DNA from: an uncultured bacterium
Lineage (GTDB): Bacteria; Fidelibacterota; Marinisomatia; Marinisomatales; JAHJCW01
Direction of reading: 5' to 3'
NCBI GenBank assembly: GCA_965369995.1
Contig: CBDURO010000004.1
Coordinates: forward strand, 4,216-68,215
Length of the DNA: 64,000 bases
A model generated the notes under the pieces. That model made no database searches. It was not told the origin of the DNA and saw only the letters and a program-made list of their open reading frames with translations. Shown piece after piece: positions 25,598 through 36,066 of this stretch. The translations under genes were made by a program, and so were the position numbers. How positions within the stretch are numbered: position 1 is the first letter of the stretch; each line of letters opens with the position of its first letter.

Positions 25598-28405
25598 TTA
25601 ATTTGAAATTAAATAATCACGCACTAAGAGTGCAATTGACTTATAAAATTGTTCGCTATCAGACATTCCTATTTCGCACATTCGGCTTGACGAATATCCG
25701 TTTAATTTTCGTTGTTCAAACGATAATTGGTCCTTATTAATTTTTACTGCATTCTTTGTTAATTGCGGTACAATTATACCTCGATCACCTGCAAAACCAC
25801 AGCAATTGCTATTTTCAGGAATCGTTACTTTTTTTGCGCATCTTTTTGCAAGTGATTCCATTATTTGCATATGCTCCATTTTTTGAGTGGCGCAAGTAGG
25901 ATGTACTATTATTTCTCTATCAAGCGGTTTAAAATTAATATCTTTTACAATAGAATCTAAAAATGGAATTATATCAATAAACTTAAGCTTTTTCCACTTT
26001 GTACTAATTTCTTTTGAAATACCATCACTTGGATGTAAAAACTTGTAAGTGCAAGGAGATGTGTCAACAACAATCGGTATCTTTCCTGCTTTAGATGTTT
26101 CATATAATAAATTAATTGTCCTTTCGAACATTTCAACTCCGGTCTCATGATATCCTTTTGAACTAAACGGAGTACTGCAGCAAGTATTATCGATTTTAGC
26201 AGGAATAATTAATTTTACTTTTACTAATTCAGCAATTTGTCCCATTACTTCAATTATGGATTGATTTTTGGAATCTGCACTAAAAGCACGGCTTATACAT
26301 GACGGATAGTAAATAAATGATTTTCCTGCACCATACTCCATTTTTACGGGAAATTTAGTACTAGCGGTAATCATGGAGTTCCACGCAGGAATGCGATGTT
26401 TTGATATTTTATTAATCCAATTAAATGTATTATTCATCAATTTAGAACTGAATAACTTTGTTTTGAGACTTAATATTTTTATAGCAAATTTGATGGACTT
26501 GGTAGTAAAACGAAAATGATTTGATATCCAATTGGCAATCAACTTTCCAAAAATACCACTATGTTGTTTGCGCAAATCTTTGACAAACTCACCTGTATTA
26601 ATATTAACCGGACAAACCGTTTCACACATTCCGTCAACAGCACAAGTTATCTCAGTACTAAAAAAGTAATCATTTTTCAGATTTTTGGATAAAGAAGAAT
26701 TTTGTGAACTGATCATTTCCAACTCTCTGCTTATGCTAATTCTTTGACGCGGTGTAAATGTGAATCCTCTTGATGGACAAACCGGTTCACAAAATCCACA
26801 CTCTACACATAAATCGATTTTATCGTTAATGGCAGGCATTTGCTTCAAATTCTCAATGTGAATATTATTATTTTTATTTAAAATAACCCCGGGATTTAAA
26901 ATAAAATTAGGGTCAGCTAATTTTTTAATTTTCCACATTATTTGATATAGATTACTTCCCCATTCTCTCTCAACAAAAGGTGCCATATTTCTGCCTGTAC
27001 CATGTTCTGCTTTGAGTGAACCGTTGAACTTGTCAATTGTCATTTTGGCAATATCATCCAACATTCCTTTGTATCGAGTAATTCCTTCTTTCGATTCTAA
27101 ATCAATTGATGCCACAAAATGTAAATTACCGTCTGTGGCATGACCGAATATTACGGCATCGTCAAATTTCCACTTCGCAAAAATGCGATGCAAATCAGTT
27201 ATAGCTTCACCTAAATCCTCAATGTCAAAACAAATATCTTCTGTTATTACACTTGTCCCCGGTTTTCTTAATGAGCCAACTGTTGTGAATAAACTTTTAC
27301 GTACTTCCCAAAGTTTTAACCTGTTACTCTCTTCTTTTTCAAAATTACCTATCAATGATCCATGATATTTTTGGACAACTGAAATTAGATTTTCTTCTAA
27401 ATCATTAAATAATTTTTCATTATTTACCTGAAATTCACAAAGTAACGCTGAGGAATCTTTGGGAATTGAATTTATATCATAAGGTGCATCAGCTAAATAC
27501 TTTGCAGTTTTCAAAGAAGCATAATCCATTAGTTCAAGAGCTTTAACGCCGGTATTTTTAATCGCATTTATTGAGTTACAAGCAATTTTTATTGATGGAA
27601 ATAAAATTAATCCCGTTGATTTGAAAGGAGGATCCGGTATTGTTTCAAGCTCAATATTTGAAATAAATGCTAAAGTACCCTCAGATCCAACAAGCAAATG
27701 TGCAAAAATATCCAAAGGATGATTGAAGTCTAAAAATGAATTCAGCGAATAACCTATTGTATTTTTTATACGATATTTATCTAAAATTTTATTTCGTAAT
27801 ATTTCTTTTTTAGATATGCCTTTTTTAATTGCTATCAGTCCGTCTGAAAGTTCTTTTTCTTTTACTGTAAACTGATCATAATCTTGTTTATTTGATGTAT
27901 CATAAACATTCCCATTTGATAAAATAAATCTGATATTTTTTAATGTATTGTATGAATTACAGGACTTTCCTGTAGTCATTCCGGAGGCATTATTGGCTAC
28001 AATTCCGCCTATCCTAGCGGCTTTTATTGAAGCTGGATCAGGCCCAATTCTGCGTTGAAATTTCCTTATTTTTTGATTAGCATGTTCACCGATTACACCC
28101 GGCTCTAATAAAATAGAATTACCTTTGTTTTTTACTTCAATTTTTTGCCAATCATATGCTATCTCTGCTACAATTCCATTAGTAACCGTTTGACCAGAAA
28201 GAGACGTCCCACTTGCACGGAAAGTAATTGATTTGTTAACATTATTAGCATATTTAAACAATTTTTGAATATCATTTTCATCTTTCGGACGAACAACAAC
28301 ATCAGGCAGCATTCGGTAAATACTTGCATCTCGAGAATATGATAGTCTGTCAATTTCGCGATTCAGTACCTTTTCTTTATCGAGATAATTGTATAAATCC
28401 ATCAA
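25598..28405 (-). CDS. FAD-linked oxidase fused to Fe-S/CCG domains (Dld-II/YdiJ-like 2-hydroxyacid, probably D-lactate, dehydrogenase)
   Basis: The N-terminal FAD_binding_4 pattern is VVRPKDENDIQKLFKYA...FRASGTSLSGQ. Two 4Fe-4S motifs are CVECGFCEPVCP and CAVDGMCETVCP. The C-terminal Cys-rich CCG-type repeats include CCSTPFSSKG and CCGFAGDRG. Confidence 0.8.
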   Translation of the reverse strand: MMDLYNYLDKEKVLNREIDRLSYSRDASIYRMLPDVVVRPKDENDIQKLFKYANNVNKSITFRASGTSLSGQTVTNGIVAEIAYDWQKIEVKNKGNSILLEPGVIGEHANQKIRKFQRRIGPDPASIKAARIGGIVANNASGMTTGKSCNSYNTLKNIRFILSNGNVYDTSNKQDYDQFTVKEKELSDGLIAIKKGISKKEILRNKILDKYRIKNTIGYSLNSFLDFNHPLDIFAHLLVGSEGTLAFISNIELETIPDPPFKSTGLILFPSIKIACNSINAIKNTGVKALELMDYASLKTAKYLADAPYDINSIPKDSSALLCEFQVNNEKLFNDLEENLISVVQKYHGSLIGNFEKEESNRLKLWEVRKSLFTTVGSLRKPGTSVITEDICFDIEDLGEAITDLHRIFAKWKFDDAVIFGHATDGNLHFVASIDLESKEGITRYKGMLDDIAKMTIDKFNGSLKAEHGTGRNMAPFVEREWGSNLYQIMWKIKKLADPNFILNPGVILNKNNNIHIENLKQMPAINDKIDLCVECGFCEPVCPSRGFTFTPRQRISISRELEMISSQNSSLSKNLKNDYFFSTEITCAVDGMCETVCPVNINTGEFVKDLRKQHSGIFGKLIANWISNHFRFTTKSIKFAIKILSLKTKLFSSKLMNNTFNWINKISKHRIPAWNSMITASTKFPVKMEYGAGKSFIYYPSCISRAFSADSKNQSIIEVMGQIAELVKVKLIIPAKIDNTCCSTPFSSKGYHETGVEMFERTINLLYETSKAGKIPIVVDTSPCTYKFLHPSDGISKEISTKWKKLKFIDIIPFLDSIVKDINFKPLDREIIVHPTCATQKMEHMQIMESLAKRCAKKVTIPENSNCCGFAGDRGIIVPQLTKNAVKINKDQLSFEQRKLNGYSSSRMCEIGMSDSEQFYKSIALLVRDYLISN

Positions 28406-28407
28406 AT

Positions 28408-28836
28408 TTAAAGTGAATTCAAGTATTTTTTAATTTCATCAGGAACAGGTATTGTTTTGCCTGTTTTATAATTTATTGATACCAATATAAAATTTGCCTG
28501 CAAAATAGGTTTTTCTATACCCTTTTTAAATATTGCGGTTAATATATCATAACTTTTGTTACCAATCCTAGTAATTCGCTGACCAATCTCAAGAGTTGAA
28601 GGATGAACTGCTTGATTAATATAATTAACTTCCATCGAAGCTAAAATTGAACTTTCCACTTGGTCCCACATCTGCAATTTATGACCGATTTGCATATAAA
28701 GATCGAGCCGGGCAGTTTCCATGTAAGTCAAATAAGACGCATGGTTTATGTGCCTTAAACCGTCCATATCTCCCCAATTCGTATAAATGGTTGTCCAATA
28801 ATCAAAATCTTTTCTTGAAAATAATTTAATAGTCAT
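28408..28836 (-). CDS. Acyl-CoA thioesterase, hotdog fold (4HBT/YbgC-like)
   Basis: 142 aa. WGDMDGLRHINHASYLTYMETARLDL is typical of YbgC-type thioesterases. Confidence 0.7.
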   Translation of the reverse strand: MTIKLFSRKDFDYWTTIYTNWGDMDGLRHINHASYLTYMETARLDLYMQIGHKLQMWDQVESSILASMEVNYINQAVHPSTLEIGQRITRIGNKSYDILTAIFKKGIEKPILQANFILVSINYKTGKTIPVPDEIKKYLNSL

Positions 28837-28893
28837 AAGTAAATTTAATTAAGGTTTTTTTTATAAAAACGAGTGCAATATTAAGGAAAAATA

Positions 28894-29409
28894 ATGAAAG
28901 TTCTAAAAACTGCTTTGATAATAATTTTTATTGGAATATTAGTTTATTTTATTATTGGTTTACTCACTCCGCCTGTATCAAAAGAAGTCGCAATGGAATT
29001 AGAGCTATCTGCTGAAGAAATATTCTCAACGCTTGCGGATCAATCAAATATGACACAGTGGGTTCCAGGATTAAAAAGTGTGGAACAAGTTAGCGGTAGA
29101 CCTAATACTATCGGCAGTGTTACTGAATTTGTTTTCGAAAGAAATGGTATTGAAATTCCGATTCTTATACGGATTAATGATTATAAAATGAATGAATCTA
29201 TGAACTTGATATTAACGCATGATAAGTTGGTTTCTGATGTTCAAATTAATGTTGTACCGCATGGCAATGGTTCTAAATTAGATATCTCATATAAAATTGC
29301 CGGCAATAGTTTGCTTACAAAAACAGCAATGCCGTTCATAAAACCGCTAATTAAAAAATATAGTGAAATGGATTTGGAAGAACTTAAAAACTTACTTCAG
29401 AAATCATAA
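28894..29409 (+). CDS. SRPBCC-superfamily protein with an N-terminal TM anchor
   Basis: 171 aa. The hydrophobic N-terminus ALIIIFIGILVYFIIGLL is followed by a START/Bet v1-like length and pattern (FSTLADQSNMTQWVPGL). Family-level call only. Confidence 0.5.
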   Translation: MKVLKTALIIIFIGILVYFIIGLLTPPVSKEVAMELELSAEEIFSTLADQSNMTQWVPGLKSVEQVSGRPNTIGSVTEFVFERNGIEIPILIRINDYKMNESMNLILTHDKLVSDVQINVVPHGNGSKLDISYKIAGNSLLTKTAMPFIKPLIKKYSEMDLEELKNLLQKS

Positions 29410-29446
29410 CCTGATCTAATGTAATACTCTTTCAGATAGTATTTTT

Positions 29447-30817
29447 CTACAACCTCGTCAAAAACTGAAGATGTATTTTACCGTTTTTAATGGAATCTTG
29501 TCGTCCTAATCCGTAATAAAGTTTTAACACAGAGTTTTTTGTAACTTGAGTAAAACCGATACCGTATCCATAAGGGAATGGCTTGTAAGTGTCTTGCAAT
29601 GCGATATCGGAAAACAGCGTAATTCGCTGATTTGAGCCCAACTTAATATTATATTCAACCGAAGGTATAATTACCCAATCACTTTTAAAATAATCTTCTG
29701 TGTAACCACGCAGATTATTAGCGCCACCATAACGGATTAATTCCCCTGAATGTAATGTTCCTGAACTAATCCAATTGCTGTTTCCAAGTATTTTTAAAGC
29801 AATATTATTTTTACCCCACAAAGGAAAATATTTTTCAACTTTAGCTTGCCCGGATATAATAACTGTATTTGAGTCACTTACTATCCGCTTGCCAACATCG
29901 CTATAAAGCGATATCAAATATCCTTTAGTAGGTAACCAATAATCATTACGATAATCAATTATGCCATCAATGTAAATAGATTGTGTGGTTAAATTAGCAA
30001 GACCTAATGAATCGCCTTTGGCAGTGGAGTTGATTGTTGTATTTTTCCCTCCAAAACCTAATTTTCCTATGCTCGGAATTGTTTTGATAATTCCGACAGC
30101 TGAATTTGTATTTACATAATTCCCATCACGTAAATCTTGGTTATAAGCTATACTTACACCTATTGGCAAACCTAATGGATGTGGTTCTTCGTATTTTAAA
30201 TTCAAAATTTGCGACTCTTCATCTAATCGCTTCCAATGTAAATCAACTATACTCGCTGTTCTCCATTGATTTTCGAGATGTATATCCATTTGCCCGTTTA
30301 AAGTCCACTTTTGCTCATCAGATCGAGACGCTCCAATCAATCCTGAAAAATAATTATTAAAATTTGATTTTATTTCTACGACAGCGCCAACTTTTTGTTT
30401 TTTATTTATTCCAAAAAATATTTCTGAATTTTTCTTAATAAATGGTGTACTTTTAACAATTGCCTTGAATATTTTTGTCGTTTCAATTGTCGGTTTTGAG
30501 TTTATTAATGGTTTAAATATTTGATTTAATATAGATATTCTTATTTCATTATTATTAAAAATTATTGTATCAAGTGTGACATTAATAGATTTTCTCTTGT
30601 AAGTAATTAAACTATCGGAATTTATTTGACTAAGCCTGAAATATTCCCCGATGTTATCAGAATTAGATAACAGTGAATCTAGCTTGGTACTTACTTCATC
30701 GTAAGTGTTAACTGATAACGTATCAACATCGTCAATTATAATTTTATTTGATTGCCCAAATAGCTGAACAGCTACAATTACTATAATAAATATTTTAAAA
30801 ATATGCACGCAGTTCAC
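29447..30817 (-). CDS. Omp85/surface-antigen (D15)-like outer-membrane barrel with a short N-terminal region
   Basis: Signal-like N-terminus, alternating beta-strand pattern, and the RYGGANNLRGY motif characteristic of Bac_surface_Ag barrels. It overlaps the upstream gene by 23 nt. Confidence 0.6.
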   Translation of the reverse strand: MNCVHIFKIFIIVIVAVQLFGQSNKIIIDDVDTLSVNTYDEVSTKLDSLLSNSDNIGEYFRLSQINSDSLITYKRKSINVTLDTIIFNNNEIRISILNQIFKPLINSKPTIETTKIFKAIVKSTPFIKKNSEIFFGINKKQKVGAVVEIKSNFNNYFSGLIGASRSDEQKWTLNGQMDIHLENQWRTASIVDLHWKRLDEESQILNLKYEEPHPLGLPIGVSIAYNQDLRDGNYVNTNSAVGIIKTIPSIGKLGFGGKNTTINSTAKGDSLGLANLTTQSIYIDGIIDYRNDYWLPTKGYLISLYSDVGKRIVSDSNTVIISGQAKVEKYFPLWGKNNIALKILGNSNWISSGTLHSGELIRYGGANNLRGYTEDYFKSDWVIIPSVEYNIKLGSNQRITLFSDIALQDTYKPFPYGYGIGFTQVTKNSVLKLYYGLGRQDSIKNGKIHLQFLTRL

Positions 30818-33800
30818 CTGATAAAGTAATGAAATTATTATATCTCAAATTATCAATGTAATTTACATTTACATTTAGAGATAAATTTTTTCCTAATAAT
30901 ACTTGTCCTTGAATATTTATTGAAATTGATTGACCTAGTGGTAATCCGTTCAGAGCTTCCGGAGGAATTACCAATTTATCACTTGTTTCAATAGAATTAA
31001 ATAATTCAGCCCGAACTTTTATTCGACTCGTTGAACTTATAAACCGCTGACTTTCGATTTTTAAACCATAAGCATAAGCCGAAAACAATTCTTGATTATG
31101 CGTACCACTATCTTTACCGCCCAATGCTGAAACAGAAAATTGCCATTTTCTCTCTATACTCCATTTAATTTCCTCCTCCGTCCACCAACCATCAACATTC
31201 CTATTTCTCAAATTGGAAAACCCTGAGGAGTTATCAATTTTATGTGATTTAATTTTTAAGACTGAATGAAATTTCTTTTTAATCGGTTCACGCCATTCGA
31301 CACCGTATTCTGTTTGAATACGCAGATCATTCCCACGCGGATCAGCTCCCAACAAATCCTGAGAATATATTACCCAATTTCTAATTCTTCTTGTAGTACC
31401 TTGTGGATTGTAATCAATTTCGTTTCTCAAGTTAACTTTGGATCGAGCTATTTCATTATCTAATAAATCGGGTTCCAAAATTTTATTTATAGCAAAGGTT
31501 TTTCCTTTAAATTCCGTACGGAAATCCGATCTGACATCAATATTCTTTAATACTCTGAATGGCATCTTTGCGAAATCGATGAATAATCGCTGTGAAGCGA
31601 TAAAATGGGTGATTAATTCACGATCGCCGGTTAATATTGTATGACTAATATATGCACCATTCGGATCACTAATGTACTCGTTGAACTCTTCATCATAACG
31701 ATAGGAACCAAGCCCCACACCGATAGAATCATAAACCACGGCGCGTGATTCCGTATATGTTTCCTCAAGTTTTGAGTGCAGCTCCCAACGAACCGGATTT
31801 GTTTTATTATTGAAACGGATATTTGCTAAACCTATTGCATAATCTAATTTTTCATTTTTAATTAAATTGTCAGATATCCGTTTTTTGAAAACGATTTTTC
31901 CTGACCATCCGTTTGTAAATTTTCCATTAATATCTAATTCACCAAATAGTCCCTCTTGGATGATATCCATTTCTGTTGAATCAGTATCATTCACTTTAAA
32001 ATCAATTCTTCGTGCAATGGATGCCGCAACATTTTTGTTTTCTTTAGAGAATAAAAATCCCAATTTCCCTATATCAAATTTGTGATTACCCTTTTCGTAT
32101 TCACCTTTATAACTAATAATTGGATGAAAATTACCGGGGAGTAACATTCCGTAAATGTTAAGTTGATAATAATTTGATTTTTCTGTCTGAACTCTATTGA
32201 TGTACGAATCAAATTTTGGGATAAATTTTGTGTTACTATTGATCTGACCTGTTAATCTATTCTTTTTTCCTGAAATCGAATTATATTGTGACCAATCAAA
32301 TTTTGAATTAAAAGATTTATCAATTTTTACATTGATTCCGCCTGAGAATAGTGATTCCTTACCTAAATCTTCTGATTGTATATTCCAGTCTCTGTTGAAT
32401 TGTGCGTTTCTTTCGCGACTCAACTCTCTAAACCGATTTGATCTGCTCCAATTAATAATATTATATCCAAGTTTAGCATTTTTTAATACAGATATTTCTT
32501 TACCGGTAATTGAAAAATTATGTGCGAATCCGATATTGTCATCATCATTTAATGTAGAAAATGTGTTTTTATCTAAATTTGATAGAGATATATCCCAAGC
32601 GGCTAAAGTATTTTCCGACAATTTTGCATCACCTGCAAGTTGAAATATTTCATGATTTATCGGATTACTCCATCGTCTAAACGGACTGTATAAGTCAATA
32701 ATCTCGGATCTGTCTTCAATATTTACAAACTCAAAATACAAGTGTCCGTCATCGCTAATGCGACGTGCGTATTCCCCGTTTTCGTTATCGTTATAAAAGC
32801 TCACTTTATATCTGTTTTCATTGTTGTTCACCGTTTTGGGAGAATAAATATATATTCCACCTGTCAATAAATAGTCGCCTTTTTCATCCTTAACTGCGCC
32901 GGAAAGAATTGCATCTTGATCCCCGGCGTTCAAAAGAGAATCCCTTAAACCAACTGCCACAGTTTCATCAATCTGTAATTGATCTTTTTCCTTAAACCAA
33001 GATATTCCCAAATTACCCCAATTACCTAACTCGCGGTAAACCGATGCGCTAAGCACATTGCGGTTATATTGAAAATCCGAATATTGATATTCAATATAAA
33101 TATCAGAATCGAAATCGATTAACCGACGAGGTGTAAACGTAACTTCACCTATGCTGTAATCAATGATATAATCGAAGTTTTCGCCACGTTTTAGTAGTTC
33201 ACCATTTAAGTGTACTTTTTCCGTTCCAGCTAAAACAATTATATCTTTATTTCCGTTTTCTGAAGTTAATGAATACGGTCCTTGGCTGCCATCAGTACCT
33301 TTAAAAGACAATTTATGATATCGTCCTTTTGTTCCGGCAAGCGTACTTTGTCCCGACAATTTATCAAATTTAAAAGTATTTTTTAATCCTTCAAGTTTTC
33401 GGCTAACCTTTAAATATTTTCCGCTATTTAATTCATAATCAATGTCGCCTGCCATAATTTGAAAATTTGTATGACTAACGTGTAAATATACTTTATCGAT
33501 TTCATCAAGGATTTGCGTTGTGCCTTCCGGTTGTATTGGCAAACTTTGATCGGACAGAACTCCGCTTACTGTTATATCGTTAGAAAGTTTACCTTGTAAT
33601 TGTAATTGCAATCCTCCGCTAAAATCTGAGCCACCAAAAGGTGAAAGAGTTAAATTACGATACACTGTGCCAGTAGTAGCCAAATTGGATATCTCGTCTT
33701 GAATATCATATTGAATTTCGGCTTGTGTAGATTGAACTGAATCTGGATTGATTACTGTTAGTGAATCAAGCAGCGGTAGCGATTCAAACAATGGACCAAT

Positions 33801-34088
33801 TTGAACCGGTAACTGTTTAATAAAGTATCGGTATGAAGCATGATATAAACCGGTGTCATGCTTTGCTTCATTTAACCCTAAATGACCCGTTATTGCATTT
33901 AATTGATAGTCATCAACTAATTTACCATTATGAAATAAAAAGAAACTTGAATCAATTATAAAAGGATTTAATTTAATTTGATATTGATCCGTTTCTACAA
34001 TAACCGTGTCAACAGTAGATATGGATTGTCCTGTTAGTATATTTAGAAAAAATATTACAGGAATAATCCTATTCCATCGAAACATCAA
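30795..34088 (-). CDS. Large (1097-aa) predicted outer-membrane beta-barrel protein, function unknown
   Basis: Signal peptide MMFRWNRIIPVIFFLNILTGQ, pervasive alternating aromatic/polar beta-strand pattern, and a C-terminal ...LSGELRAYF with terminal Phe, as in OMP sorting signals. Confidence 0.55.
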   Translation of the reverse strand: MMFRWNRIIPVIFFLNILTGQSISTVDTVIVETDQYQIKLNPFIIDSSFFLFHNGKLVDDYQLNAITGHLGLNEAKHDTGLYHASYRYFIKQLPVQIGPLFESLPLLDSLTVINPDSVQSTQAEIQYDIQDEISNLATTGTVYRNLTLSPFGGSDFSGGLQLQLQGKLSNDITVSGVLSDQSLPIQPEGTTQILDEIDKVYLHVSHTNFQIMAGDIDYELNSGKYLKVSRKLEGLKNTFKFDKLSGQSTLAGTKGRYHKLSFKGTDGSQGPYSLTSENGNKDIIVLAGTEKVHLNGELLKRGENFDYIIDYSIGEVTFTPRRLIDFDSDIYIEYQYSDFQYNRNVLSASVYRELGNWGNLGISWFKEKDQLQIDETVAVGLRDSLLNAGDQDAILSGAVKDEKGDYLLTGGIYIYSPKTVNNNENRYKVSFYNDNENGEYARRISDDGHLYFEFVNIEDRSEIIDLYSPFRRWSNPINHEIFQLAGDAKLSENTLAAWDISLSNLDKNTFSTLNDDDNIGFAHNFSITGKEISVLKNAKLGYNIINWSRSNRFRELSRERNAQFNRDWNIQSEDLGKESLFSGGINVKIDKSFNSKFDWSQYNSISGKKNRLTGQINSNTKFIPKFDSYINRVQTEKSNYYQLNIYGMLLPGNFHPIISYKGEYEKGNHKFDIGKLGFLFSKENKNVAASIARRIDFKVNDTDSTEMDIIQEGLFGELDINGKFTNGWSGKIVFKKRISDNLIKNEKLDYAIGLANIRFNNKTNPVRWELHSKLEETYTESRAVVYDSIGVGLGSYRYDEEFNEYISDPNGAYISHTILTGDRELITHFIASQRLFIDFAKMPFRVLKNIDVRSDFRTEFKGKTFAINKILEPDLLDNEIARSKVNLRNEIDYNPQGTTRRIRNWVIYSQDLLGADPRGNDLRIQTEYGVEWREPIKKKFHSVLKIKSHKIDNSSGFSNLRNRNVDGWWTEEEIKWSIERKWQFSVSALGGKDSGTHNQELFSAYAYGLKIESQRFISSTSRIKVRAELFNSIETSDKLVIPPEALNGLPLGQSISINIQGQVLLGKNLSLNVNVNYIDNLRYNNFITLSGELRAYF

Positions 34089-34902
34089 CTACCAAAATTT
34101 TATCTGATAACAAGATATAAAGATTGCCATCCATTTGAGCCACATCTAAAATGGTTTGCTTCATCGGCAAATTTACTTTTTCATTATCCCGAATTGCAGT
34201 TATTTGCCCCTCAGTATTTATCACAAACCATTCGTTTGACAGCTTGATTAAAAATCTACCATTAGTATTTTCTATGAGGAATTTGTTTTCCAATTTGCCC
34301 AATCGGTTGAATAAATGAACAGAATTGTTGCAAATTGTCAATATTCCAATGCTGCCATCTGATGCAACGTGAATATCTTTAATGCACTCTTGTACATCAT
34401 TCCATAGTGATAAATCTATAAAATCGTCAAAGTTTTGTATCGGAGGATTGGCTTTTAGAATCTTTTGCTCTTGTTCAGATTGTAATAATATGTTTCCCCA
34501 ATCGTCAATTCCACTAAATTCAGGGTATATTTGATCAAATTCTATCGTACGCAAGTAATTTAGTTTATGATCAAATTCAATTAATTTATTTTCTGTTCTA
34601 TCGACAATCCAAACTCGCAGTTTTGAGTTTAATATCTCAATAGGATCAATGAAAGCATCATTATCAATTCCATACCCACCGGCGAAAACTATATCACCCT
34701 CATTTGAAAAAAATGCAACTTGTCGGTTTGCGCTATCTAAAAAGTAAAATCCTGTGGGACTAACACAAAAGTTAGTTGGACGAAATTTGTTAACAGAAAT
34801 ATTTTCCGGTAAATAAATTATTTTTATAATGTTAATGTTTATTTGAGAGTAAAGGCTACCACAAAACAAAATAATAGATATAAAATATTTCAAATATATC
34901 AT
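34069..34902 (-). CDS. Secreted beta-propeller-like (NHL-like repeat) protein, function unknown
   Basis: Signal peptide MIYLKYFISIILFCGSLYSQ. Repeated roughly 40-aa blocks contain hydrophobic strands (GFYFLD, RVWIVD, GNILLQ, SIGILT, LYILLSD). It overlaps the downstream gene by 20 nt. Confidence 0.45.
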   Translation of the reverse strand: MIYLKYFISIILFCGSLYSQININIIKIIYLPENISVNKFRPTNFCVSPTGFYFLDSANRQVAFFSNEGDIVFAGGYGIDNDAFIDPIEILNSKLRVWIVDRTENKLIEFDHKLNYLRTIEFDQIYPEFSGIDDWGNILLQSEQEQKILKANPPIQNFDDFIDLSLWNDVQECIKDIHVASDGSIGILTICNNSVHLFNRLGKLENKFLIENTNGRFLIKLSNEWFVINTEGQITAIRDNEKVNLPMKQTILDVAQMDGNLYILLSDKILVVDVSME

Positions 34903-34908
34903 AAAAAG

Positions 34909-35334
34909 TTAATTTAGATTTTTATAATATTTAAAACTCGCAAGGAATAATGCAGTTCCAATTCCGATGTACATTGGAGCCAAAATATACTTTGGAATTA
35001 AACCTGTTGTGCGTAAAAAAATACCCATACTCATCATAACAGCAATTAAGATATATGATCTCCATTCTTGAAATGCAAATACGCAAGCTTCTTTAGGATA
35101 GGCAAATATTCTGTTAATATTTTTATTTGCAATATTTCCAAATCCAAACCGAGCTATCACCCATCCTGCCAATAATCCTATTATTATCGTTACAAATAAT
35201 TGTATGTTATTAAAAGATTTAAGCCAATTGAAAGATAAAATATTGAGAAATATTCCTACACCGCTCCACATTAATCCGGATATGATAATTAGCCATTTTC
35301 GTTTTACAGCAGGTTTTAATCGTGAGTAATTCAT
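34909..35334 (-). CDS. Hypothetical 4-TM membrane protein
   Basis: 141-aa ORF with four hydrophobic segments. Confidence 0.5.
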   Translation of the reverse strand: MNYSRLKPAVKRKWLIIISGLMWSGVGIFLNILSFNWLKSFNNIQLFVTIIIGLLAGWVIARFGFGNIANKNINRIFAYPKEACVFAFQEWRSYILIAVMMSMGIFLRTTGLIPKYILAPMYIGIGTALFLASFKYYKNLN

Positions 35335-35340
35335 AAATAT

Positions 35341-36060
35341 TTAGGCATCCGGTAATATTTGCGTGAATACAATTAAATTATAGAAACTATGCGAATAGGC
35401 CGCAATTCCAAATCCTCGTAGAATATAAATATATCCAAGAATAATACCGGCAACAAATCTTAATATAAATAAACTTGTTTTGGGAATATCTGCATACTCC
35501 CCAAAAAAATGAAATGACGAAAATATTACTGCTGCAATAATTATCGAAACTGTCATTTTGTACATATATTGTTTTTTAAGGAATAATCCGACAATTAACG
35601 CCAATCCGCTAACTAGAATAACTCTGAATACGAATTCCTCAAATATTCCTGAACCAATAGAAAGTACGATCTGCTGCATTAATAATTTACCAGTACCTTT
35701 ACCTAATAATAATTGACCTTGCGATAAAATAACAAATAATATGATCGACCAAAATATGCTTTCCAATAGCATTATAATAAAATAATTGCTCTTGATTTTT
35801 AACTCTTTAAATCCGACTTTATTAATAAAAAAGGCAATAGTGATACCAATTAATAGCAAGAAAGCCATTCCATAAATACCACTTATCCCAAGAGTTGCAA
35901 GCATTTTACGAAGTAATACATCAGCACCATTTCTAATTATTGGCAAATCTTTTGATGAAATTGCAGATATACCTAATTCATAAATAATAAAAAGTGGCAA
36001 TATAAAAATGAAGCTGTAAAAGGGAGACTTTGATTGTTTAAAATAATTATTAAATATCAT
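35341..36060 (-). CDS. CPBP-family intramembrane metalloprotease (CAAX protease/Abi)
   Basis: Motif 1 is GIFEEFVFRVIL (EExxxR) and motif 2 is FSSFHF. The protein is polytopic. Confidence 0.8.
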   Translation of the reverse strand: MIFNNYFKQSKSPFYSFIFILPLFIIYELGISAISSKDLPIIRNGADVLLRKMLATLGISGIYGMAFLLLIGITIAFFINKVGFKELKIKSNYFIIMLLESIFWSIILFVILSQGQLLLGKGTGKLLMQQIVLSIGSGIFEEFVFRVILVSGLALIVGLFLKKQYMYKMTVSIIIAAVIFSSFHFFGEYADIPKTSLFILRFVAGIILGYIYILRGFGIAAYSHSFYNLIVFTQILPDA

Positions 36061-36066
36061 CGTGAT

